Source of the DNA: Oculatellaceae cyanobacterium bins.114
GTDB taxonomy: Bacteria; Cyanobacteriota; Cyanobacteriia; Elainellales; Elainellaceae
DNA: 42,998 bases
Direction: 5' to 3'
Assembly: GCA_033764315.1 (NCBI GenBank)
Contig: JANRJA010000210.1
Coordinates: forward strand, 1 to 42,998
Part shown: positions 30,800 to 40,043 of the stretch, piece by piece
How positions within the stretch are numbered: position 1 is the first letter of the stretch
How the letters are laid out: each line of letters opens with the position of its first letter
The notes under the pieces: generated by a model
What the model saw: the letters and a program-made list of their open reading frames with translations, nothing else
What the model was told of the DNA's origin: nothing
Databases searched by the model: none
Program-made: the position numbers and the translations under genes

Positions 30800-30917
30800 T
30801 ACTGCTTTTCACAGATAGGGTTCGGAAATAAAACCAAGGGGGTGCAGGGGCTGCGCCCCCAGCCAGGGGTTTCACCCCTGCACCCCAAATTCCCACCCCT
30901 ATTTACGACGAGCTGTA
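30800..30917. mobile_element. 118-bp MITE with imperfect terminal inverted repeats and a CTTAG target duplication
   Basis: CTTAG at 30795-30799 and 30918-30922; left end TACTGCTTTTCACAGATAGGG versus right end (reverse complement) TACAGCTCGTCGTAAATAGGG; internal GGGGTGCAGGGG...CCCCTGCACCCC stem. Confidence 0.75.
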
Positions 30918-31211
30918 CTTAGTTCTCCAGTCTTTATTTTTGAGAAAACCAGTATTTATTTACATACTTTGTGCCTTCTGACGCAAATTGAACTACACTA
31001 TCGGAGATTAAGACACGCTATTGTGCGATCGCCAATAATCAGTCTTCCATTTATGGATTTAGGTGAGCCACCTATGATTCAAGCGGTTTAAGCATGGCTG
31101 TCAATATTAGAATGCTAAAATCAGGGGCATTTTTGAAATTGAGTTACGAATGATCCGTTTTCGGTTATCATCAAATTTTTTATCAGCAGTAAAGTTGGCA
31201 GGAGTAGTGGA

Positions 31212-32531
31212 ATGCGACGACGTGCCTCCGCAGAACCCTCTTCACGTTCAGAGCAATTCTTGCATCCCGTTCTTCAAGCAGCACTCGAAAGCTTGGATGT
31301 TGGACTCGACGAAGAGTTAACTCGTTATCGGCGAATGCGAGGGCGTAAGCCTGGTCAGATTGAGCGTAAACAACGCGATCGCCAACCCGACACAATTGTA
31401 ATAGGGGCATCTAGTGCGGCTCACCTGCCTTCAGATGCTACTTTGGCGACATCAGCCAGTCACGCTGATGGCTCACTCCCTATCCCTCCGCTGGCGATCG
31501 CGGCTGACCCCCTCAGTGATCCATTTGCTGACTATGGGCTTCAGTCGAGTCTGACCCCCTTTAACCCTGAGACAGGTCAGCCTTTGACCGAGCATCAGTC
31601 AGAAGAGGGAGAACCTGACAATTATTTGGCATCTTCTGAGGAATTACTGAAAAGCATTGCCGAAGAAGAAGATTTGCGAGCAGAACAAGAACCTGGAATG
31701 TTGGAGAGCTTGCTGACTCCCCTGGGTATCGGTTCTATGTTGTTGCTGTTGTTGTCAAGCATCACCTTTGGCTATTTGATTATGAACCCCAATAGCATCA
31801 GCGTTTTGGGGATTGATAAGCTATTTGGCGATCGCACAGCGACCTCTAACCAATCCCAAGATGCGGCGACAACAACCGCCAATGCACCCGCTGCTGTGTT
31901 GCCTTCGCCCAATTTGGCAGATCAAGAATTTCGGGATCTGAACCTGGATACCCTTAGCACCTTGCCGACTGGAGAGTCTGCTCCGGCAGGGGTGGTTGGC
32001 TCAACAGTTGCCCCAAGCGTCAGCCCTGGAGCCGCTCCTGCCACGTTACCAGATCCCTCCCCCGTCGCTAACTTAGAGCAACGTCAGGTGGCAACCGCTT
32101 CGAGTACGGGGCCAAGCCAACGCCCTCAGGCGAGTGGGTCTGTGCCCGCCAATCGACAACGTTCTGATGTGAGACAGCCGAGCCGCACCAATTCCACCGC
32201 TGCCCGTCAAGCCACAGCAACCCGTCCTACGACTCCGGCTCCGGTTCGCTCTACGGCTGCGGTTAGCAGTCCTCGTGCTGCCTCACCTGCTCCAGCGGTT
32301 GCAACTGCACCAACCTCGTCCTCCCAGGGTAATCTCTATCATGTGGTGACGGAATATAGTGGCGATCGCAGCCTTGAGCAAGTCCGCCAGGTGGCAGGCG
32401 ATGCCTTCTTGCGAAACACAAACGAAGGTGCCCGTGTGCAAGTTGGAGCCTTTAGTGAGCAGTCTCGCGCCGAAGAACTGGTGCAAGATTTACAACAACA
32501 GGGCATCTCAGCGCGGATCGAGCGACGTTAG
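31212..32531 (+). CDS. Single-TM protein with a C-terminal SPOR-like domain
   Basis: N-terminal LDEELTRYRR, a central TM helix, a low-complexity linker, then ARVQVGAFSEQSRAEELVQDLQQQGI. Confidence 0.75.
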   Translation: MRRRASAEPSSRSEQFLHPVLQAALESLDVGLDEELTRYRRMRGRKPGQIERKQRDRQPDTIVIGASSAAHLPSDATLATSASHADGSLPIPPLAIAADPLSDPFADYGLQSSLTPFNPETGQPLTEHQSEEGEPDNYLASSEELLKSIAEEEDLRAEQEPGMLESLLTPLGIGSMLLLLLSSITFGYLIMNPNSISVLGIDKLFGDRTATSNQSQDAATTTANAPAAVLPSPNLADQEFRDLNLDTLSTLPTGESAPAGVVGSTVAPSVSPGAAPATLPDPSPVANLEQRQVATASSTGPSQRPQASGSVPANRQRSDVRQPSRTNSTAARQATATRPTTPAPVRSTAAVSSPRAASPAPAVATAPTSSSQGNLYHVVTEYSGDRSLEQVRQVAGDAFLRNTNEGARVQVGAFSEQSRAEELVQDLQQQGISARIERR

Positions 32532-32857
32532 CCAACAGCAGACCCATTGAATTTCGATAGGAAGGGTTCGCCTGGAATTCACCCATGCGACTCAAAAACT
32601 TTGGCTCAAGGCAGTGCTCTAACACCTGCTCAAATGAGCCGAGACGTGACTAGATTAATCTCTCAGGACACACCGCAGGGCGATCGCCAGGGCATTAGAC
32701 AAGCCAGCAGATGTTACCAGATGCCATGTCCCTAGAGAGATCAAAGGTCAAGCGTCAATTAAGAGATTGACAGACCGCATATCCTCCCTACGTTTCGTTG
32801 CTCAACAGATTCTCTGGTGTAGTATGAAACTAGAGCAGAAGCTTCTGGAGTTTTGTC

Positions 32858-33616
32858 ATGGGATTACTAGACCGAATTGGTCGGTTGATTCGAGCAAACT
32901 TGAATAGTCTGGTGGGTCAAGCGGAAGACCCCGAAAAGATCTTGGAACAGACTGTTCTAGATATGCAAGATGATTTGATCAAGTTGCGACAAGCCGTAGC
33001 ACAAGCGATCGCCACCCAAAAACGCACCGAACGACAACTCTCGCAAGCCTCAACCACCGCAAGGGAGTGGTATCAGCGAGCGCAACTCGCCCTGCAAAAA
33101 GGCGAAGAGGCTCTGGCCCGTGAAGCCCTGACTCGTCGCAGCACCTATGAACAAACCGCTACTGCCTTAAAAACTCAACTAGAGCAGCAAAATGGCATCG
33201 TGGCTCAGATGAAACAAAACATGGTGACGCTCGAAGGCAAGTTGTCTGAGGCAAAAACCAAAAAAGACATGTATATTGCCCGTGCTCGCTCTGCAAAAGC
33301 TTCTGAAAAGCTGAACGAGATGATGGGACGGGTAGGAACCACTGGTGCAATGGCAGCCTTTGAGCGCATGGAGGAAAAAGTGTTGCAACTGGAAGCCCGA
33401 TCTCAGGCGATCGCTGAATTGAGCACCGACACTCTGGAACAAAAATTTGCTTCTCTTGAAAGTGGCGGTGATGTCGATGCAGAACTGGCAGCCATGAAAG
33501 CACAACTGTCGGGCGGCTCGACTCAAAGCAGTTTGCCCGCTAGCCGTCCTGCAACGTCTAATCCGGCGATTGATGCTGAGCTAGAGCAACTGCGTGCTCA
33601 ACTCGACGAGAAATAA
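32858..33616 (+). CDS. vipp1: PspA/IM30 family protein with a Vipp1-type C-terminal helix
   Basis: MGLLDRIGRLIRANLN, AEDPEKILEQ and AFERMEEKV motifs; extra terminal helix IDAELEQLRAQLD after a linker. Confidence 0.8.
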   Translation: MGLLDRIGRLIRANLNSLVGQAEDPEKILEQTVLDMQDDLIKLRQAVAQAIATQKRTERQLSQASTTAREWYQRAQLALQKGEEALAREALTRRSTYEQTATALKTQLEQQNGIVAQMKQNMVTLEGKLSEAKTKKDMYIARARSAKASEKLNEMMGRVGTTGAMAAFERMEEKVLQLEARSQAIAELSTDTLEQKFASLESGGDVDAELAAMKAQLSGGSTQSSLPASRPATSNPAIDAELEQLRAQLDEK

Positions 33617-33728
33617 GTGTGAAGGGATGGCGATCGCGATCGCGATTGGATGTGATTTCTACAGGTTTTTTGAGAAGTCCGTAAATTGCTCAACCTCCTG
33701 TGTTAACATTATTAACCGTGGATCAAGC

Positions 33729-33810
33729 GGGTCGGTGCCCGAGTGGTTAATGGGGGCGGACTGTAAATCCGCTGGCTACGCCTACGCTGGTTCAAATCCA
33801 GCCCGGCCCA
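33729..33810 (+). tRNA. trnY: tRNA-Tyr(GTA)
   Basis: Acceptor stem GGGTCGG/CCGGCCC; anticodon arm GCGGA-CTGTAAA-TCCGC; long variable arm; T-loop GGTTCAAATCC; CCA not encoded. Confidence 0.97.
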
Positions 33811-33903
33811 TCCACATCATGTCGAAAGGGTAGAGTATAAAGGATAAAGGCTTAATTGATTTCTTTAATCCTTCAGCTTTTATCTTCTATCCTTTCATTG
33901 TCT

Positions 33904-33975
33904 GCCCGTGTGGCTCAGTGGTAGAGCACACCCTTGGTAAGGGTGAGGTCATGAGTTCAATCCTCATCACGGGCT
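33904..33975 (+). tRNA. trnT: tRNA-Thr(GGT)
   Basis: Acceptor stem GCCCGTG/CACGGGC; anticodon arm CACCC-TTGGTAA-GGGTG; T-loop GTTCAAT. Confidence 0.97.
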
Positions 33976-34275
33976 TTCTTAAAATTGTTGTTCTGGCTCC
34001 CTGCAATCAGCTAGGTTATAGCCAACATGATTCCTCAGCTATCAAACAATCTATTTGCAGCAATCCCAAGTGGGTTGTGAGAGGCGCGCCCAACCTATCT
34101 CGCAACTGATTTAGGATTGCTATATTTTGTTAAATAGATTTTATTTTGTTAAACAGATTTTGGGGCACATCAAAAATTCGTAGATCTAGTAGAGCTTTTG
34201 CGAAACTTAACAATTAAGAACTTTGAGTCTTGCGTTGTTTTATTTGATGTGGGCAACTTTTAGGGGGGCAAAAAC

Positions 34276-35157
34276 GTGAAAGGTTTTAAGCGACAAACCG
34301 AGGGAAGTTGTGTTTGTGTTTTTTGTAATCAACTTATTTCGGTCGATAACCCGATCTGTCCTCAATGCAATCGTAAAAATCCTAGTCTGTGGGGTTACTC
34401 TCGCAGTTTGCGTCGTCTGGGTGCTGATCTTGGCTTCACAAAAATCGTGATTTGGGGATGTGTTGCTCTTTATCTGGCAACACTTTTGATTGACTTTAGC
34501 AATATTCACAGTAGTGGGTTGTTTGATCTCTTGTCCCCTAGCAACCTGAGCTTGGTGCTTTTTGGTGCCAGTGGAGCGATTCCAGTATTTGAGCTAGGAC
34601 GTTGGTGGACTGTTTTAAGTGCAGGTTGGTTGCATGGTAGCCTGCTACACATCTTATTTAACCTGCTTTGGATTAACCAATTTGCTCCTCAGGTGGCGCA
34701 AGCATTTGGGTCAGGGCGATTGGTAATTATCTACACAACTGCAATTGTCGTTGGCTCTTTGTTAAGTAGCATCGCTGGGCAAGTTTTTCTGGGAATACCC
34801 ATTCTGCAAGGGGCTCAAGTCACCATTGGAGCATCTGGTGGGCTTTTTGGGTTGTTAGGGGCGTTAGTTGCCTATGGTCAAATTACAGGCAAGTTTTCAG
34901 TTAAGCACCAGGCATTAACCTATGTCTTAATCATGTTTTTGTTTGGGTTCATCATGCCCAATGTCGATAATTGGGCACACTTTGGTGGTTTTTTAGGAGG
35001 CTATCTTGTCAGTATTTTAGGGGGCATGGATCCGCGTCGTGCTGAGAGTTTGCGTCATCTATTCTTAGCGATCGCTTGTCTTGCATTGACGATAATTAGC
35101 ATCCTAGCGTCCATATTGCATGGACTTTTGTGGCTCACGCAGCAATTCTCGTCTTAG
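34276..35157 (+). CDS. Rhomboid intramembrane serine protease with an N-terminal zinc ribbon
   Basis: WLHGSLLHILFN, catalytic GASG and WAHFGG; N-terminal CVFC...CPQC. Confidence 0.9.
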   Translation: MKGFKRQTEGSCVCVFCNQLISVDNPICPQCNRKNPSLWGYSRSLRRLGADLGFTKIVIWGCVALYLATLLIDFSNIHSSGLFDLLSPSNLSLVLFGASGAIPVFELGRWWTVLSAGWLHGSLLHILFNLLWINQFAPQVAQAFGSGRLVIIYTTAIVVGSLLSSIAGQVFLGIPILQGAQVTIGASGGLFGLLGALVAYGQITGKFSVKHQALTYVLIMFLFGFIMPNVDNWAHFGGFLGGYLVSILGGMDPRRAESLRHLFLAIACLALTIISILASILHGLLWLTQQFSS

Positions 35158-35400
35158 ATAAAATCCCAATGCCTGCCAATCCTCTCTAGCAGGAGGAGGT
35201 TAAAAGGGGTTAGCTATGTAGCCTTAAAGAAAGAATTGGCTAACACTTTAAAGTTTCTGTGAAGTGATTCAGGCTTTAGTTAAAGGCTCTGTCAAGTTTT
35301 CCATATTAGAAGTGAATTGTGTCTGTCTAAACCCTTCTGTTTTTGAATTTTGTATAAGAATAAGCACCGTTTGACACTTCATAAATTGGTGCTTCTCAGA

Positions 35401-36492
35401 ATGAAAAAATCGCTTTTAGGTCTTCCTATTGCCGCCAGTTTGGGTGTCCTTGCTTCGTTTGGAGTCGGTGTCTCCGGTGCCGAAGCTGCTCTGTTAGTCG
35501 GCAATACACGAGGCAACAATGTTCTAATTTTTGATGAACGCAGTGGTACATTCGGCGGAGAATTCATTCCCGCAGGCACAGGCGGGTTGCAAGATCCGGA
35601 TGACCTCACCTTTGGTCCCGATGGCAACTTATACATCACGAGTGGGAGTGCAACTTCGGGTGCAATCCTCAAATTCGATGGCAAAACGGGTGAGTTTTTA
35701 GGCAGATTTGACCAGGGGGGAACATTACTCCGTCCCTATGGTTTGGCGTTTGGTCCTGACAACAAAGCCTATGTCAGCAGCTTTCTCACAGACGAAATTC
35801 TCCGGTATGACGCTATAACTGGAGAGTTTATTGATGTATTTGCATCTGGCTTAGGTACGGTCAATGGGTTAAACGGTCCTAACGACCTGCTATTTGGCTC
35901 GGATGGCAGTCTTTTTGTTACCACTCAGGGCAGTGTGAGAGGTAGCTTCAGTGTCTTCTATGAAAGCCAGGTGTTGAAATATGACATCACGACAGGAACC
36001 TCTAACGTATTTGTGCCACAGCCCACTCCGTCTCCTGAAAGTTTTAACTTTGTTAGCTTTTTGGGATTAACTTTTGGGCCAGATGGAGATCTCTTCACCA
36101 GTGATTTTGCGAATGGCATTCGTCGCTACGATGAAATCACAGGTGAGCTGATAGACACAATTTCAACGAACTATACGGGTACGATTCCCAGTAACAATTT
36201 CATCGGTAATTTGACCTTTGACCCAAATAATATTCTCTATACGGTTGGGTTTGACTTTACTCAAGGCAATCAGGGAGCCATCCTCCGGTTTGATGGCGAA
36301 ACAGGAAATCCGTTACCATCTGATGGACAAAGTAGCTCTATCTTTGTGCCAACCAACTCCCTGTTAAAACGCCCGATCGGGATTGCCTATTCACCGATTG
36401 TTGTGCCTGAGCCAGGGTTAGCGATCGCCCTTCTAGTGTTGGGTGCAGCGGGTATTGCATCCAAGACAAAACGCGATCGCTCTCACTCTTAA
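35401..36492 (+). CDS. PEP-CTERM surface protein with NHL/beta-propeller repeats
   Basis: Signal peptide; repeated (L/F)xFGPDGxL(Y/F) blades; C-terminal VPEP, TM helix and basic tail. Confidence 0.9.
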   Translation: MKKSLLGLPIAASLGVLASFGVGVSGAEAALLVGNTRGNNVLIFDERSGTFGGEFIPAGTGGLQDPDDLTFGPDGNLYITSGSATSGAILKFDGKTGEFLGRFDQGGTLLRPYGLAFGPDNKAYVSSFLTDEILRYDAITGEFIDVFASGLGTVNGLNGPNDLLFGSDGSLFVTTQGSVRGSFSVFYESQVLKYDITTGTSNVFVPQPTPSPESFNFVSFLGLTFGPDGDLFTSDFANGIRRYDEITGELIDTISTNYTGTIPSNNFIGNLTFDPNNILYTVGFDFTQGNQGAILRFDGETGNPLPSDGQSSSIFVPTNSLLKRPIGIAYSPIVVPEPGLAIALLVLGAAGIASKTKRDRSHS

Positions 36493-36516
36493 ATTTCGTT
36501 TCTAATGGATGCTTAG

Positions 36517-36545
36517 ATCCCCAGAGTTTTCAAGGTTCTGGGGAT
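36517..36545. terminator. Hairpin after the PEP-CTERM gene
   Basis: ATCCCCAGA...TCTGGGGAT followed by a T-rich run. Confidence 0.6.
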
Positions 36546-36626
36546 TTTATTTGCTTGTCCTGGTTGATATAGAAAATTGTGTAAATAGGTGTAGAGCTAC
36601 TCGGCATTCATTGACCACTACAAAAT

Positions 36627-36750
36627 ATCAACATTTTCTCTGGGAATACTGAAACAGGTATCCCATTTTTCGCTGCACTACATACTCACTTCTATAACAC
36701 CACCCACTTTGCTCGAACTCGCCAAACAAGGCAACCTAAAGGCGATCGCG
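36627..36750 (+). pseudogene. Upstream region and 5' gene stub, copy 1, ending at HIP1
   Basis: From 36694 it reads (I)TPPTLLELAKQGNLKAIA, with ATA where copy 2 has ATG; aligns with 37728-37853. Confidence 0.7.
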
Positions 36751-36760
36751 GCTCGGCAGT

Positions 36761-37567
36761 CTAGAACGAAAGACCTAGAGCCAAACAAGAATTGCTTTCA
36801 GATGCACTAACGTTATAGGATTGCGTCTCAATTGTTGTAGCAACCACTAACATGTTCTCCCCAAAGCTTGTGCCATTGATGGTACAAACTCCCCTGAGCA
36901 CGAGCAGATAGTTTCCGATGTACTCGTAGGGTTGAGATGACGTGGTTTGAACAAATTTAGAACTCATGCCACCTTGAGGATCGAGGGAGATATTGTAGAC
37001 TGAAACGCCATCTTGCACAGTCTCAAATGGATATAGGGTTTCAAGGTCAGGAGCAGCGGTATTGATTTGAACAGGTGTATAGTCCTGGATCAAAGCTGTA
37101 TTAGCAAAATCTGGAGGCGCAGCGTAGGCAAGGATAAAAAATCCGGTGCTATTTGAGATCTCGTGCCCACTACCAGGAGGGTTAAAGTAAAGTGATCCGG
37201 TTGGATAAACGCCCTTTGCGTCGGTCTGGGTACCGTCAATGGCATAGACAGACTCAGTCATTGCATGGTAATGCAGCCCAACCCTACCATCTGGAACGGT
37301 ATACCACAGGATGCTGATGTGCTGGGTATCAGCAGCACCAGAAAGAATCAGCTTTTCTAAATTAGGTCTGAAGTTAAAGAAGTCATAGTTTTCAGGATTT
37401 GCAGTCAGATCATTTAGATCGACAATCGTTGAGTTGCTTAGACCCGCATTAGTTTCTTCCAGTGCAACGAGTGCCCTTGGTTCGTCTGTTGCTATGACGG
37501 GGGTAACAATACCTATCAATGAAATAAATCCCAGTGTTGTTACAGACACAGTTTTAATAAGTCTCAT
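36761..37567 (-). CDS. Secreted cupin-domain protein
   Basis: VGLHYHAMTE...YFNPPGSGH cupin metal motifs; signal-like N-terminus; RBS GAGGAG upstream of the ATG at 37567. Confidence 0.75.
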   Translation of the reverse strand: MRLIKTVSVTTLGFISLIGIVTPVIATDEPRALVALEETNAGLSNSTIVDLNDLTANPENYDFFNFRPNLEKLILSGAADTQHISILWYTVPDGRVGLHYHAMTESVYAIDGTQTDAKGVYPTGSLYFNPPGSGHEISNSTGFFILAYAAPPDFANTALIQDYTPVQINTAAPDLETLYPFETVQDGVSVYNISLDPQGGMSSKFVQTTSSQPYEYIGNYLLVLRGVCTINGTSFGENMLVVATTIETQSYNVSASESNSCLALGLSF

Positions 37568-37727
37568 AGCTATCATCTCCTCACAAAAGTGATGCCAAAA
37601 ATGCAAGGCTTAACCGTACCATGTGTAGGAAAATGAATTTGCTACCTACTATCCATTTTTCCTAGCAGGCGTAGGAAGTTGAGTAGATAGGTATAGGGTT
37701 GCATTAAGCAGAATGACCCCTCCAGAT

Positions 37728-37853
37728 TTCAAAATTTTCTCTGAGAATATTTTGAAATAGGTATTCCGTCGTTCGCTATATTACACACGCACTCCCATGA
37801 CACAACCTAATCTGATCGAACTTGCCAAACAAGGCAACCCTTAGGCGATCGCG
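37728..37853 (+). pseudogene. Upstream region and 5' gene stub, copy 2, ending at HIP1
   Basis: From ATG 37797 it reads MTQPNLIELAKQGNP*AIA, with TAG where copy 1 has AAG. Confidence 0.7.
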
Positions 37854-37899
37854 ACATGAATTGCGCTGACAGACAGTAGTTGAAATTTAGAGACGCAGA

Positions 37900-37942
37900 A
37901 GTCCATTGAAATGGACTAAAACGCGGGTCATTTCAATGGACT
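37900..37942. repeat. REP-like inverted doublet
   Basis: AGTCCATTGAAATGGACT followed by GGGTCATTTCAATGGACT. Confidence 0.75.
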
Positions 37943-37998
37943 AGAAGCTTGGCTCAGTTAAGGATGAAACAGATCTGGTATTGTTTCAGCTCAGTTCT

Positions 37999-38535
37999 CT
38001 ACCAAAGCCCTCTGACAGGTGCAGGAGTAGTAGATGCGGTTGCGCTGACTCGAATGGGTGCATAGCCAAAGGTTGCGTTGGCCATACGACACCAGATCAC
38101 AACCGATTGAAAGTTGCTGAGGTTCACTGCATCAGGAATTGGATATCGCTGAGCACCTGTAGGTTGTCGAAGCCCACCCAAATTAATATATTGTCCACTC
38201 TGTTGCTCTGAGTAAGATGCAGGTGGAGTTGCAGAGGGGCTGAGCAGCACATGTAGGTCAGGGCCTTGACTGCTAGTGCTGAAATTGTCACCTAATTCTA
38301 AGTACCGTGTTCCATCGTCTCCCAAAACGATTCGAGCACTGCCCGTAGTGGGTTGTTCAGCAGCCACAAAGGTTCCAGAGGCTAGGGCTGTGGGGCGACT
38401 CTGAGCTACCAGTGTTCCAGGTTGAGTGATAGCTGTTGATGGGAGTGCAACCCCATTGTCTATAACGGTTGAGAGAACAGCAACCATCGTCACTAGCCCA
38501 GCAGCACTGAATCGAATCAAGCGGTTGAATTGCAT
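37999..38535 (-). CDS. Secreted DM13-domain protein
   Basis: GPDLHVLLS, YINLGGL, GAQRYPIP and SVVIWCRMANATFGYA motifs; signal peptide. Confidence 0.88.
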   Translation of the reverse strand: MQFNRLIRFSAAGLVTMVAVLSTVIDNGVALPSTAITQPGTLVAQSRPTALASGTFVAAEQPTTGSARIVLGDDGTRYLELGDNFSTSSQGPDLHVLLSPSATPPASYSEQQSGQYINLGGLRQPTGAQRYPIPDAVNLSNFQSVVIWCRMANATFGYAPIRVSATASTTPAPVRGLW

Positions 38536-38675
38536 TTCCTTAAATCCTCAAAGAATGAGAATCAAAGCGACCAGAAGCGATCGCCTCAATCTAGAGCTCA
38601 TTGTGTCGCAGTTTATTCAGTGAATTGTGATTTTTTGCTGAGAAATGATAACGTCGCTGCCTATACACTGCATTA

Positions 38676-39269
38676 CTAAGCGGTTAGATCAGGATCTACG
38701 GCAAAGCTCACATCTTCATAAAGCGTCTCGATCGCCCCTTCAAAGTTGATGCTCTCTAGTCGAAAGGTTGCCTGTTGATTGGTGTAAGACTGCAACACCC
38801 ACAAGCCTGCTAGATCGCGCCGAAAACACTCAACTCGCTGACGTTTGACATTAATCAAGACGTATTCTTTGAGGCTATCGAGTTCTTGATAGTCGGCAAA
38901 TTTGTCGCCGCGATCGAAGGCTTCGGTGGAGTCAGACAACACTTCGACAATCAAACAAGGAAACCGCTTTTCTAATGGGGTTTCTTGATCGCGGGGATCA
39001 GACGTTACCAAAATATCGGGGTAAAAGTAGCGGTTGAGTGACTCAATCCGCGCTTTCATATCTGAAATGTACACTCGGCAACCCTTTCCCCGAAGATGGC
39101 TCCGCAAAAGGGTAAACAAGTTGCCAGCGATCGTCACATGGGCATCGTTTGCCCCCACCATTGCATAGATCTGCCCGTCGATGTATTCGTGCTTGATGGG
39201 GCTGTGTTCCTCCATTTGGAGGTACTCTGTGGGAGTGAGGTAAGGCTGTTGCGCTGCAATCATCGACAA
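38676..39269 (-). CDS. Uma2/DUF820 family putative endonuclease
   Basis: KHEYIDGQIYAM, YFYPDILVT, LIVEVLSDSTEAFDRGDKF and LKEYVLI motifs. Confidence 0.93.
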   Translation of the reverse strand: MSMIAAQQPYLTPTEYLQMEEHSPIKHEYIDGQIYAMVGANDAHVTIAGNLFTLLRSHLRGKGCRVYISDMKARIESLNRYFYPDILVTSDPRDQETPLEKRFPCLIVEVLSDSTEAFDRGDKFADYQELDSLKEYVLINVKRQRVECFRRDLAGLWVLQSYTNQQATFRLESINFEGAIETLYEDVSFAVDPDLTA

Positions 39270-39340
39270 ACCTTTTTGAGGAGATAGTTTTATTCTGCCA
39301 TCTTTGTTTGAGAGTGATGAGAAGTGGTTCCCCTGATGGA

Positions 39341-39520
39341 GCGATCGCCCAAGCCGCAGGTGATCGCGTGGTGGGACGAGTCGATCAAATTGCTAATGAG
39401 CAAGCTCTGCAAACTCGGATCGGAAATACTCGCTTGGTGGTGATTCGCAATCCCAATAGCCCTAATACACTGGTGGCACTCAATCAAAACTGTCCTCAAC
39501 TTAGTAAGACACGAGGATGA
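39341..39520 (+). pseudogene. Probable truncated Rieske-protein fragment
   Basis: RLVVIRNPNSPNTLVALNQNCP resembles the sequence leading into Rieske box 1 (CxHxGC), but the motif breaks after CP and a stop follows. Confidence 0.45.
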
Positions 39521-39627
39521 GGAGTGAGGAATCAAGATGCTGGAAAAACAAGCTCTTGGGGCGATCGCTAGACGGTTGCCTTAGGATATGAGTATATAAA
39601 GATTTATTACGTTGCTTTTTTGACGAA

Positions 39628-39891
39628 ATGGCTATGGATTTGCCAACACTGGATACTGACACGATTGACCGTGTGATTGAGATGGCATGGGAAGACCGCA
39701 CTCCCTTTGAAGCGATCGCCCTTCAGTTTGGGTTACAGGAGAAACAGGTGATTGCCCTAATGCGGCGAGAGATGCAACCATCCAGTTTCAGAATGTGGCG
39801 CAAGCGTGTCAGTGGACGCAAGACAAAACATTTGCAACAGCGTGACTTTTTAGAAGGACGCTTTCGATCGCAGAACCAAAAAGGGTCTTAA
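39628..39891 (+). CDS. TIGR03643/DUF2805 family protein
   Basis: IDRVIEMAWEDRTPFEAI...SSFRMWRKRV signature. Confidence 0.9.
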   Translation: MAMDLPTLDTDTIDRVIEMAWEDRTPFEAIALQFGLQEKQVIALMRREMQPSSFRMWRKRVSGRKTKHLQQRDFLEGRFRSQNQKGS

Positions 39892-39919
39892 GGGTTTTGC
39901 ATGAAAATAAAATACCAAC

Positions 39920-39949
39920 GTAGGATGGGCAAAGCAGCGCGTGCCCATC
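39920..39949 (+). repeat. GTAG-type REP palindrome
   Basis: GTAG-GATGGGCA-N10-TGCCCATC. Confidence 0.65.
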
Positions 39950-40043
39950 ACCCTCAGAACCTTGAAATGAGCACAGGCGATCGAACATAAGCAGCAATGA
40001 GGCAAAATCATAAATACATCCTGCCAATGCTGAATACAACCCT

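Noticed and set aside
33826-33897. ncRNA between the two tRNAs
   Set aside because: Degenerate heptamer repeats with a complementary arm are typical of a cyanobacterial STRR hairpin.
33904-39300. tRNA-anchored integrative island or prophage
   Set aside because: No integrase, phage genes or duplicated tRNA 3' end was found by eye.
39892-40043. TPP riboswitch upstream of thiD
   Set aside because: No GCTGAGA or CCTGA...GTAGG core is recognisable; only a REP-like hairpin is present.
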